Shown one piece after another: positions 16,904-24,967 of a stretch of 32,708 bases of DNA (position 1 is its first letter; each line of letters starts with the position of its first letter). The DNA is taken from IMG/VR virus record IMGVR_UViG_3300033067_000757, positions 1 through 32,708 of that record, one strand, 5' to 3'. The notes below the pieces were generated by a model. That model was not told the origin of the DNA and did no database searches. It saw nothing but the letters and a program-made list of their open reading frames with translations. This stretch comes from a virus. Lineage: Duplodnaviria; Caudoviricetes. The position numbers were made by a program, and so were the translations under genes.

Positions 16904-16932
16904 AAACCTACTAATAAATAGTAGGTTTTTTT
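16904..16932. terminator. Hairpin/terminator after the DUF3127 gene
   Basis: AAACCTACTA-N5-TAGTAGGTTT perfect 10-bp stem. Confidence 0.6.
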
Positions 16933-16933
16933 A

Positions 16934-17203
16934 TTAAAAATTTGTTTCAATTTTCCAAGCGTTTAAAGAGCAATACCACTTTCCGTTATAAGGATTGCCT
17001 TTTATATTAACAGATACCTTAACGGGGTTACCAAGTGCCAAATTATCTAACAAATCGCATTTGTCTTGCACAAAATCAATAGGTATTTCTTGAGAGTATT
17101 GCTCATCGGTTTTAATTACCAATAATCTTTTTTTAAAAGTTCCTTGACTACCTACTATTTCTGTGTTTCCAATATGGATTACATTTCCAATTACTTCATT
17201 CAT
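16934..17203 (-). CDS. DUF3127 family OB-fold, SSB-like protein
   Basis: FKKR..T.EQY.Q.I..DF.QDK...V.V..NIKG..YNGKWY.SL.AWKI. Confidence 0.85.
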   Translation of the reverse strand: MNEVIGNVIHIGNTEIVGSQGTFKKRLLVIKTDEQYSQEIPIDFVQDKCDLLDNLALGNPVKVSVNIKGNPYNGKWYCSLNAWKIETNF

Positions 17204-17222
17204 TTTTTATTAATTTAAATTA

Positions 17223-17372
17223 TTATTTACCATAAGTTTTTAAAGTTAACTCAACTCTTTTTTTCTCTTCTAACAAATCAATAAATTTTAACCTGTAAGA
17301 ATTTATAAACTCTTTTAACCTTTCGTTATACAATTCTAATTGCTCAACGTTATCTGTAATATCATCAAACAT
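17223..17372 (-). CDS. Hypothetical 49-aa protein
   Basis: MFDDITDNVEQLELYNERLKEF...LKTYGK. Confidence 0.55.
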   Translation of the reverse strand: MFDDITDNVEQLELYNERLKEFINSYRLKFIDLLEEKKRVELTLKTYGK

Positions 17373-17376
17373 AAGA

Positions 17377-17658
17377 TTATATTTTTAAAAAATACTCTTT
17401 AAATCTACCCTCTAAATATTGGTCTTCTACAGGAATATTCCAAATATCTTTAAGGTCTTTAATCCTCCTACGCAGGTCTCCAATTCCGTATTGAATTAAA
17501 GCCACTGATGTAGTTAATTTCTCACCACGTAACAAAGCATCATAAACTATTTGACATTGCTTAGAAAGCTGTTTTTTGTTTTTCTCAAATTGCTCTTGAT
17601 TTTCCGCTGTGTTTTCTATGTGATTATAAAATTTTGTGTTTAGTTTTTTATTTTCCAT
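17377..17658 (-). CDS. Winged-HTH DNA-binding protein
   Basis: QCQIVYDALLRGEKLT...YGIGDLRRRIKDLK. Confidence 0.7.
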   Translation of the reverse strand: MENKKLNTKFYNHIENTAENQEQFEKNKKQLSKQCQIVYDALLRGEKLTTSVALIQYGIGDLRRRIKDLKDIWNIPVEDQYLEGRFKEYFLKI

Positions 17659-17662
17659 TTTA

Positions 17663-17884
17663 TTAAATTTTTATATCAATATCAATTTGAATTAAAAAAC
17701 TCGTTTTTCTTTTTATCGTTGGGTAATTTTCTACTAACCATTTTGTTAAATCATCTTCTTTTTCAGACTCATCAATGTGAAAAATAGCAAAAGTATTTAT
17801 TAAATGCCCTTTGAATATAGAATTTATTTGTAAGTGCTCAGGGATTTCCGAATACTTAATTACTGATCTAGTTATTTTTTTCAT
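17663..17884 (-). CDS. Hypothetical protein
   Basis: Likely start ATG 17884 (MKKITRSVI), which has an A/T-rich start region. Confidence 0.65.
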   Translation of the reverse strand: MKKITRSVIKYSEIPEHLQINSIFKGHLINTFAIFHIDESEKEDDLTKWLVENYPTIKRKTSFLIQIDIDIKI

Positions 17885-17926
17885 AATAAAAAAAACGATT
17901 GACCTGTACATCGTGAGGTTAGTTGA

Positions 17927-18220
17927 TTAAATTTTAATTATAGCTTCCAGTCTTAATGTTATTGAATAAATATCTGCTAAAATATCTTCATTGTTATACA
18001 ATAAACTTTCATAACAACTAAGCTGATTTGCTCCAGGTGTATTAATTGGCGTTTCAATTTCTTTTTCTGTGTATTCGCCGCCTAATTCTTTAGTAATTAA
18101 ATCTAGCCTTTCACAAGCTTCAAATAATTTATTAGCAAACATTTGATGTCTATAATTAAGGCTTCCTAACCAAGACTCAGCAATTTCTTTTTTTGCACTT
18201 TCTTTACATACATTTTCCAT
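17927..18220 (-). CDS. Hypothetical protein flanked by a bipartite inverted-repeat element
   Basis: 97-aa ORF; flanks at 17891-17925 and 18225-18254. Confidence 0.7.
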   Translation of the reverse strand: MENVCKESAKKEIAESWLGSLNYRHQMFANKLFEACERLDLITKELGGEYTEKEIETPINTPGANQLSCYESLLYNNEDILADIYSITLRLEAIIKI

Positions 18221-18252
18221 AATATTGGTAGCACTTATCCTTGCAATCGGTT

Positions 18253-18342
18253 TTAATTGTTTTTAAGTTGTTTTAAAATTTGTAATAATAAATAAGTATT
18301 AATACATAATTGTAATACCATAATTGATAGTGTTAATTTCAT
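18253..18342 (-). CDS. 29-aa hydrophobic peptide, copy 2
   Basis: MKLTLSIMVLQLCINTYLLLQILKQLKNN; paralog of 11910-11999. Confidence 0.65.
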   Translation of the reverse strand: MKLTLSIMVLQLCINTYLLLQILKQLKNN

Positions 18343-18383
18343 ATCTTATTTGTTTTAAATGTCAAGTTTTTTCTATAATTTAC
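18340..18383 (-). repeat. Intergenic module copy 3
   Basis: CATATCTTATTTGTTTTAAATGTCAAGTTTTTTCTA matches 12513-12549 with a 1-nt indel. Confidence 0.9.
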
Positions 18384-18393
18384 TAAAACCTTT

Positions 18394-18507
18394 TTAATAT
18401 TCAATACATCCAAACATACAAATCGGATTAATACAATACCCTCCAATAGGACATTTTTTTACAAATTTTCTAGCAAATAATTCTCTTTTTCTAAATACTT
18501 TTTTCAT
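18394..18507 (-). CDS. 37-aa basic, Cys-rich peptide
   Basis: MKKVFRKRELFARKFVKKCPIGGYCINPICMFGCIEY. Confidence 0.5.
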   Translation of the reverse strand: MKKVFRKRELFARKFVKKCPIGGYCINPICMFGCIEY

Positions 18508-18523
18508 GATTTTTTATTTAATT

Positions 18524-18595
18524 TTAATTTTCATTTCTAGTTATAACAATTAAAGCTATTATAAATAATAACATTACTGCAAAAAAATTCCACAT
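18524..18595 (-). CDS. 23-aa hydrophobic peptide
   Basis: MWNFFAVMLLFIIALIVITRNEN with an AAAATT-ATG start region. Confidence 0.4.
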   Translation of the reverse strand: MWNFFAVMLLFIIALIVITRNEN

Positions 18596-18601
18596 AATTT
18601 T

Positions 18602-18775
18602 TTAATTTGGAATACCATAACCAATTGGGTTTTTTTCTACATCAAAAACATCATAAAAGTAGCCTATTTTTTCAGTTAATTTAACTGCTTCTTTTCGTGT
18701 TTTTACAAATTTTGTTTTCTTACTTTGGACATATTTCGTTACCTCATAACCTATGTCATTAAACATTCTTTCCAT
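18602..18775 (-). CDS. Hypothetical 57-aa protein
   Basis: MERMFNDIGYEVTKY...IGYGIPN. Confidence 0.6.
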   Translation of the reverse strand: MERMFNDIGYEVTKYVQSKKTKFVKTRKEAVKLTEKIGYFYDVFDVEKNPIGYGIPN

Positions 18776-18838
18776 AATAGTTTGATTTTAAATTAATGGC
18801 AATATTATTTTTTTTTGCCGATTTTATATTATTTTTTT

Positions 18839-19027
18839 TTATTCAATTTCTTTATACGTTAATAAAAAAGCTGTTAAATCTTTTAAAGTATTGAAAACAA
18901 AACATTCGTCGGTATAATCTGAAATACCAACTACATTGTGTCTAGTGTTGTTAACATAAACAATAAAACCGTTATTTGTTTTATGAATATCTAATTTTGC
19001 AAAAGTTTCTTTTAATTCTTTTTCCAT
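18839..19027 (-). CDS. Hypothetical protein
   Basis: 62-aa ORF 'I.KT.NGFIV...VFNTLKDL'. Confidence 0.65.
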   Translation of the reverse strand: MEKELKETFAKLDIHKTNNGFIVYVNNTRHNVVGISDYTDECFVFNTLKDLTAFLLTYKEIE

Positions 19028-19048
19028 TGTTTTAATTTTTAAGTTATT

Positions 19049-19669
19049 TTAAATATGTGATGATTGATGAAGCCTTAAAACTTTTGAGTCTTCCTTTTTG
19101 TTTTTAAAAATAAAATCCCTAGCCTGCTGCTCAGATAAATGCGTTTTAACAGATCCGACCTGATAAGCAAATTCGCCTTTTAAATTTTTATTCTTAATAC
19201 TTTCAAAAATAGTGTCTTCATTGTAGTTAGATTCAATCGCATACAAATCGTAGTTTTTAGCCTCTATTTTTTCTAGGTGGGCTGTATCTGTAATGTGGAT
19301 TGTTTTATGCTCTCCCTTATAAAGCCTGTAGCCAAAATTTGGCACGTCGTGGTATAATATTACTGGAGAAACTTTAAAACAATTGTAATCATAAATAACA
19401 CCCGCCTTTAAAATATCTAGGTTTTTAATCCCTTGTAAATGATCAGCTAAAAACTCCCCACATGCAAATCGCAATGTAGGGCGTTCAAAAGCTAATTTTT
19501 TAATTGTCGCCAAGTTAAAATGGTCTCCATGTATGTGAGTCAATAAAACTATTTGCAAATTGCTTTGATAATTTTTTATCATAGAATAAGAAACTCCCAT
19601 ATCAACGGCAATTGTGTCATGGTATATAACACAATTACCCTTTGACCCTGTTGACAATACCTTGTACAT
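19049..19669 (-). CDS. MBL-fold metallo-hydrolase (probable nuclease partner of RecT)
   Basis: STGSKGN, THIHGDH, HDV, TDT, ESNY, HLS and LH motifs. Confidence 0.9.
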   Translation of the reverse strand: MYKVLSTGSKGNCVIYHDTIAVDMGVSYSMIKNYQSNLQIVLLTHIHGDHFNLATIKKLAFERPTLRFACGEFLADHLQGIKNLDILKAGVIYDYNCFKVSPVILYHDVPNFGYRLYKGEHKTIHITDTAHLEKIEAKNYDLYAIESNYNEDTIFESIKNKNLKGEFAYQVGSVKTHLSEQQARDFIFKNKKEDSKVLRLHQSSHI

Positions 19670-20445
19670 TACAATAAAACTTTTTCAGTTACAACATCTA
19701 CAACCTCTTTTTGTTCTAACACAACCTGATCAACAACCTCTCTGTGGTTTACGTCTAAAGTTTCAGGTTCGTTATACAAATCGTCTTTTTCTGTATCTGT
19801 ATGCGTTTCAATAATTCTTTTTATCGAAGCGTTTATTAATGTTTTTTCATACATTTCACGTTCCCAAGCCCAAAAATTGCCGTTCTTACCCATTGATTTA
19901 TCTCTACGCTGGTCTAAGTCTGCCTTTGTATAATACTTCGGTCTAACATCACCGTTATTAAATTCTACTACGCAATAACCTCCAACTATCTCACCCTTAA
20001 AAGAGGGTACATGCTTATCTATTTTTAAAACTCCGTTTTCAAAGTGCATTGAAAATTCATCTTCTGAATTGATTAATACCGGAATTACATCTTTTACATC
20101 GCACATTTGTTTGGCTGTAAAAATTAAACCTTGATATTGCCACCCAAATCTAAGTGATTTTCCAGTCGGTGAGTCTTTGTCATTTTGTACAAAGAAGTAA
20201 CAATGGTTTTTTTGAAAGTCTAGCTTGTTTGAAAACATTTTTAAAAATGCTTTTGTTACACTAATTGACGGCACCTGTTCTACATCTTTCATTGTAGATA
20301 ATTTTTCCATTGCAAAGAATACGCTTTCTTTAAATGTTTCCGGTAATGAAACAAATTTAGATGCTGACATCGATTCCATTTGTTTGATTACTTCCGAACG
20401 TACTTTCGATGGTTCATAAACTGCTACTTGATTTTGATTTTCCAT
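19669..20445 (-). CDS. recT: RecT-family ssDNA annealing recombinase
   Basis: HCYF..., YQG, IVGGY, 'W..EMYEKT' motifs; DUF1351-RecT-MBL synteny. Confidence 0.8.
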   Translation of the reverse strand: MENQNQVAVYEPSKVRSEVIKQMESMSASKFVSLPETFKESVFFAMEKLSTMKDVEQVPSISVTKAFLKMFSNKLDFQKNHCYFFVQNDKDSPTGKSLRFGWQYQGLIFTAKQMCDVKDVIPVLINSEDEFSMHFENGVLKIDKHVPSFKGEIVGGYCVVEFNNGDVRPKYYTKADLDQRRDKSMGKNGNFWAWEREMYEKTLINASIKRIIETHTDTEKDDLYNEPETLDVNHREVVDQVVLEQKEVVDVVTEKVLL

Positions 20446-20447
20446 TT

Positions 20448-21455
20448 TTAAATGTTTTTGTAGTTAATATTATTTTGCTTCATGTATTCTCCTAATGCTC
20501 TTAATTGTGTCATTGTGGCTGTAACCTCAAATGATGCTTTTTTTAATGGCTCCGGCTCTGTTATTTCTTTTGGTGCAGAAATAGGCTGTGAAATATTTTT
20601 GGAGTTTGAACCTTGTATTGGTGATATGTTTTGACTTTGTTTAGCTTTCAAGTCGTTTAATTTAACCTCAACCTCTGCAACCTTTTTAATAAAATCCTGC
20701 TCAGTTAAATTTTCAATATCATTTCTAGTAATATAAATATCAGCATTAAATTCATAGGCATCTGTAATTACTACAAAAACCAATCCCAAATCTAATAATC
20801 TATTTTTTCTGTTTTGCGTTACAACTGCTTTTATTTTAGCCGTTTCAATAGCCTCCATTTGTTTTCTATTTTTTACCGAAGTAATGGCACTTGAAACATT
20901 TAAACTGCTTTTATACTCTGTAAGGGTTTCCGCTTCAAAATCACTAGCCTTAATTAAATTCAAATCATCGTTTACTTTTGTGATGAATTCAAAAATTTGC
21001 TCTTTGTATTTTTTCTCTGTAACTGAAAGGTTTACATCAATTCCAACCCTATCAAAAGTAATAAAATCTATGCATTCCGCAATACATAATTCGTTAAAAT
21101 ATGCCTCAATTGATTGCTTTTTTTCTGTTTTAATTTTACTCTCAACAAAATCTATTTTGTCTTTTAAGGTTTCAATAGCCGATTTATACCTTTCTGAAAT
21201 TTCAACCTTGTAAACGCTTTCAAATTCATTATAAGGATTGTTTACGCTTTCCTTTATAAACTTTCTTTGTGCCTCAAAGTCTGTTAATTCCTTATTCAAT
21301 TCGGCTCTCAACTCTTTTAAAGATTTTACCGTTTCAACTGTGGCAACTTGCTTATCAAGTTCCAGCTCTTCAATTCTTTTTAAAACCTCTTTGCCTACTT
21401 CCTGTAAGCTGTGAGAAATAATAGGGGATTGCACTAATTTAATTTCGTTTTGCAT
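20448..21455 (-). CDS. DUF1351-family coiled-coil protein
   Basis: 'K..RAELNK....E.QRK.IK....PY.EFE' and C-terminal 'L.EYM..NNI.Y'. Confidence 0.8.
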   Translation of the reverse strand: MQNEIKLVQSPIISHSLQEVGKEVLKRIEELELDKQVATVETVKSLKELRAELNKELTDFEAQRKFIKESVNNPYNEFESVYKVEISERYKSAIETLKDKIDFVESKIKTEKKQSIEAYFNELCIAECIDFITFDRVGIDVNLSVTEKKYKEQIFEFITKVNDDLNLIKASDFEAETLTEYKSSLNVSSAITSVKNRKQMEAIETAKIKAVVTQNRKNRLLDLGLVFVVITDAYEFNADIYITRNDIENLTEQDFIKKVAEVEVKLNDLKAKQSQNISPIQGSNSKNISQPISAPKEITEPEPLKKASFEVTATMTQLRALGEYMKQNNINYKNI

Positions 21456-21475
21456 TTTGTTTAATATTTAGTTGT

Positions 21476-21763
21476 TTATAATTTAAGTAATATTTCAAAT
21501 CCTGATTGTCCAGCTGTATACCTTAAAGTCTTGTGCGTATCTGAATTTAAATAATCGTTTTGCAATTCTAATTCGTAAGGATCTAATTGTGATTGAATTT
21601 TGAATTTTAAATTTTTTAAAGAGTTCCAGCGGTAAGTCTTAATATCATTATTTTGATAATTAATACTACATGCTCTCATCAAATCTGAAACCCTTTGAAG
21701 TTGGTTTCTTAATTCTAATCTAATATTTTTATTAATATCTTGATTATTTGTAATTTGTTTCAT
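21476..21763 (-). CDS. Hypothetical protein
   Basis: 95-aa ORF in the early operon. Confidence 0.6.
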   Translation of the reverse strand: MKQITNNQDINKNIRLELRNQLQRVSDLMRACSINYQNNDIKTYRWNSLKNLKFKIQSQLDPYELELQNDYLNSDTHKTLRYTAGQSGFEILLKL

Positions 21764-21822
21764 AATTTTGTCTTGTCAATTTAAAAAATATAATTTTTCC
21801 CAGTATGTAGGTGCTGGGTTTT

Positions 21823-22077
21823 TTATTTTAACTCTAATTGCTTTTGGTATTTTGCTCTAAAATAACCCTCGCAATCCGCATTTACTTCCAATGCATTCAT
21901 ATTTCTTTTTTTCAATTCGTTTTCAAACGCCTTCTCAAATTTCTTAAATGTGATAATAGCATCTAATACTTCTCTATTCTCAAAGCAAATTTTTAACATA
22001 CCATTTACTTTGATTACGTTTTCGTCTACTTTTTCAGAAGTAAAAACCTCTTTTACTTTTACAATAAATTTTTTCAT
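21823..22077 (-). CDS. Hypothetical protein
   Basis: 84-aa ORF in the early operon. Confidence 0.65.
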   Translation of the reverse strand: MKKFIVKVKEVFTSEKVDENVIKVNGMLKICFENREVLDAIITFKKFEKAFENELKKRNMNALEVNADCEGYFRAKYQKQLELK

Positions 22078-22081
22078 AATA

Positions 22082-22282
22082 TTAATTTGTTTTAAAAATT
22101 TCTTTTTCTGTCTTACTGGTGTGAAACATAATTAGCTTTACTGAGAAATAATGTTCTAACCTTTGAGACTTTCTTTTTGCATAAGCGTAAATGGTTCCCT
22201 CTGAAACCCCTAAGGCATTCGCAATTACTTCTCTCAATTGCCAATCCTGTCTAATTAATTGGTAAACCTCATCTTCTAACAT
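22082..22282 (-). CDS. Cro-like HTH transcriptional regulator
   Basis: IANALGVSEGTIYAYAKR HTH; first gene of the leftward operon. Confidence 0.75.
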   Translation of the reverse strand: MLEDEVYQLIRQDWQLREVIANALGVSEGTIYAYAKRKSQRLEHYFSVKLIMFHTSKTEKEIFKTN

Positions 22283-22300
22283 ATTATTTTAATTATTAAA

Positions 22301-22448
22301 TACAAATCGTCTTGTATTATTTGTTCGGTACAAATATATAAATAGATTTTAAATAAGCAATACTATTGCAAAAAATAATTAAACTTTTTTACTAATTTAT
22401 AATAATTATAAATAAATAATGTTTACTAAAATAATTTTTATAATTTTG
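22301..22448. promoter_or_regulatory. Divergent promoter region with palindromic operator candidates
   Basis: Leftward TTG-N19-TATATTTG (22360-22331); rightward TAATTTTG (22441-22448); palindromes GCAATACTATTGC (22357-22369) and TACAA-N6-TTGTA (22301-22316). Confidence 0.65.
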
Positions 22449-22473
22449 TAATGTAATTAAATCAAATACTAAA

Positions 22474-22983
22474 ATGATAAATTCAAAGAAATTAAAAATA
22501 TCTGAAATAAAATTAAACCCGAATAATCCTAGATATATTACAGATGATAAATTTAAAAATCTAGTAAAATCAATAAGGAATTTTCCGCAAATGCTTGACA
22601 TAAGACCTATTGTTGTTAATAAAGATATGGTTATACTTGGAGGCAATATGAGATTTAAAGCATGTATAGAAGCTGGACTAAAAGAAATACCAGTTATTAT
22701 TGCAGATAATTTAACCGAAGAGCAGCAAAAAGAATTTTTAATTAAAGATAATGTTTCGGGCGGAGTTTGGGACTTTGACATACTTGCCAACGAATGGGAT
22801 GCAGAATTACTAAATGAATGGGGTTTAGATGTTCCAATAGTAAATGAACCCGAAGAAGAAGAAGAAGAAAAAACATACATTCCAACTTATAAATTTGAAG
22901 TAAGTTGTAATACAGAAATAGAAAAAAACAATTTAATGGCTAAACTTTTAGAAGAAGGTTACAGCTGTACAGACGATTATTAA
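22474..22983 (+). CDS. ParB/Srx N-terminal domain protein
   Basis: NPNNPR, L..SI..F, PIVV, ILGGNMR, IKDN..G.WD motifs. Confidence 0.9.
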   Translation: MINSKKLKISEIKLNPNNPRYITDDKFKNLVKSIRNFPQMLDIRPIVVNKDMVILGGNMRFKACIEAGLKEIPVIIADNLTEEQQKEFLIKDNVSGGVWDFDILANEWDAELLNEWGLDVPIVNEPEEEEEEKTYIPTYKFEVSCNTEIEKNNLMAKLLEEGYSCTDDY

Positions 22984-22984
22984 T

Positions 22985-23191
22985 ATGAAACAATCAAAAA
23001 AACATTCAGCAATAGAAAGTATTACAAATGTATTTGTAGGATTAATAACTTCATTTTTAATTCAATTAGTATTATATCCAATGCTTAATATTCCTGTTAC
23101 ATTTTCTCAAAATATAATTATAACTTTAGTTTTTTTTGTAGCTTCTTTTATTAGAGGTTATTTAATTAGAAGGTTTTTTAATAAATTTTAA
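22985..23191 (+). CDS. Small two-TM phage protein (QSKKHS..ES.TN type)
   Basis: Two hydrophobic helices; C-terminal RGYLIRRFFN. Confidence 0.7.
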   Translation: MKQSKKHSAIESITNVFVGLITSFLIQLVLYPMLNIPVTFSQNIIITLVFFVASFIRGYLIRRFFNKF

Positions 23192-23193
23192 TT

Positions 23194-23589
23194 ATGGCAT
23201 ATAAAACAAAAACTTTATTTAATACAGCAATGGAGCAAATCAATAAAAACAAATTATTTTTTATTGAAGATATTATTGCTTTTATGCCTTGTGCAAAGTC
23301 AACTTTTTACGAGCATTTTCCGAACGATTCGAACTACTATAAAATAATGTTTGAAGAATTGGAAAAAAACCGTACTGAGTTAAAAGTCTCAATGCGGTCA
23401 AAATGGTACAAATCAAATGCACCAGCTTTGCAAATGGCTTTAATGAAATTGTTATCGACGCCTGAAGAGTTACGAAAATTATCAATGCATCATCAAGAGG
23501 TTACGCAAACAAATTTTAATGTTGATGCAAAAGATTTAGATGAGGCAGAAATTAAAAGAATAAAAGATGCTTTAGAAAATGCTTACTAA
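23194..23589 (+). CDS. terS: Terminase small subunit
   Basis: HTH-like 'IIAFMPCAKSTFYEHF'; overlaps the TerL start. Confidence 0.7.
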   Translation: MAYKTKTLFNTAMEQINKNKLFFIEDIIAFMPCAKSTFYEHFPNDSNYYKIMFEELEKNRTELKVSMRSKWYKSNAPALQMALMKLLSTPEELRKLSMHHQEVTQTNFNVDAKDLDEAEIKRIKDALENAY

Positions 23590-24967
23590 TGAAGACAAAG
23601 TTTTAAAAATAATGTGTGAAACTGATTTATTATTTTTCACACGTTACATTTACAAAGAAAATACAAGGCGCAATTTTAACACTGCGCCTCATTTTATTGA
23701 AATAGCTAATACACTTCAAGAAGTTGCAAAAGGTAATATTAAAAGACTTATAATTAACATACCGCCTCGTTATGGCAAAACAGAGCTAGCTGTTAAATGT
23801 TTTATTGCATGGTCTTTGGCTAAAAATCCAGCCTCTAAATTTATTCACTTATCATATTCAGATAGCTTAGCGCTTGATAATTCAAGTCAAACAAAAGAGT
23901 ATATTGAATCTGACTCGTTTCAAAAGCTATGGCAAATGAAACTTAAAAAAGATGCACAATCAAAATCTAAGTGGTTTAATGATTGGGGCGGTGGTGTTTA
24001 TGCCACTGCATCGGGTGGTGCAATTACGGGTTTTGGTGCAGGTGTTACTGATTCAAAACAATTTAGCGGTGCAATTATAATCGATGACCCTTTAAAGCCT
24101 GACGATGCGTTTAGCGAGGTTAAAAGAAAAGCAGTTAACGAACGATTTAATAACACAATTAGATCGCGTGTAAATGACAGAGAAACCCCAATAATTGTAA
24201 TTATGCAACGCTTACACGAAGACGACATGAGCGGATTTCTTTTAAATGGTGGTAGCGGTGAAAAGTGGCATCATTTATGTTTGCCAGCTTTAAATGAAAA
24301 CAATGAGCCATTATGGAAAGAAAAACATACATTTGAGGAATTAGAACAAATTAGGCAAGGAAGCCGATATACTTTTGCTGGACAATATATGCAAACTCCT
24401 TCACCTGATGAGGGTGGAGAATGGAAAAAGACTTGGTTTGAAATTATACCAAGACAATTAATACCGCCTTTAAAATGGAATATGTATATTGATGGTGCAT
24501 ATACAAAAGATAACGCAAACGACCCTACAGGAATACAAATTGCTGGCAAATATAATAACGATTATATTATACTTACTTCTATTGATAAATATTTAGAAAT
24601 GCCGGAACTATTAAAATTCATTCCTGAATTTATAAAAGCTGTCGGAGTTCAAATCAATATGATTTACGTAGAACCAAAAGCTAGTGGTAAAAGTATCGCA
24701 CAATTAATAAAACAACAAACTAGATTAAATATTACAGAAATTAAAAGCGACTTTGTGCAAATGTCAAAAATTGAACGCGCACGATCTGTAAGTCCATTTA
24801 TTGAAAGCGGGAGAGTAAAATTAATTGAGGGCAGCTGGAACGAACATTATTTACAACAAATTGCAATTTTTCCAAATGGTAAACATGATGAGCATATCGA
24901 TTTAACTTCTTACGGTATTGAAAAAGAATTAATGCAAAAAAGCACTAATATTAATTTAAAAGTATGA
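23579..24967 (+). CDS. terL: Terminase large subunit
   Basis: PPRYGKT Walker A, IIIDDP Walker B, MQRLH, YMQ.P, and nuclease residues D..., VE.KASG, HDEHID. Confidence 0.95.
   Translation: MLTNEDKVLKIMCETDLLFFTRYIYKENTRRNFNTAPHFIEIANTLQEVAKGNIKRLIINIPPRYGKTELAVKCFIAWSLAKNPASKFIHLSYSDSLALDNSSQTKEYIESDSFQKLWQMKLKKDAQSKSKWFNDWGGGVYATASGGAITGFGAGVTDSKQFSGAIIIDDPLKPDDAFSEVKRKAVNERFNNTIRSRVNDRETPIIVIMQRLHEDDMSGFLLNGGSGEKWHHLCLPALNENNEPLWKEKHTFEELEQIRQGSRYTFAGQYMQTPSPDEGGEWKKTWFEIIPRQLIPPLKWNMYIDGAYTKDNANDPTGIQIAGKYNNDYIILTSIDKYLEMPELLKFIPEFIKAVGVQINMIYVEPKASGKSIAQLIKQQTRLNITEIKSDFVQMSKIERARSVSPFIESGRVKLIEGSWNEHYLQQIAIFPNGKHDEHIDLTSYGIEKELMQKSTNINLKV

Noticed and set aside
11847-18375. TTGACA in the repeat module as a sigma70 -35 box, or the repeats as a CRISPR array
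   Set aside because: Promoters here follow TAnnTTTG and no consistent -10 box follows. The copies are few and irregularly spaced by whole genes, and no cas genes are present.
9185-22880. ORFs 9185-9367, 12320-12532, 19614-19814, 20225-20419, 20884-21213, 21950-22135, 22392-22880
   Set aside because: Opposite-strand overlaps of better-supported genes.
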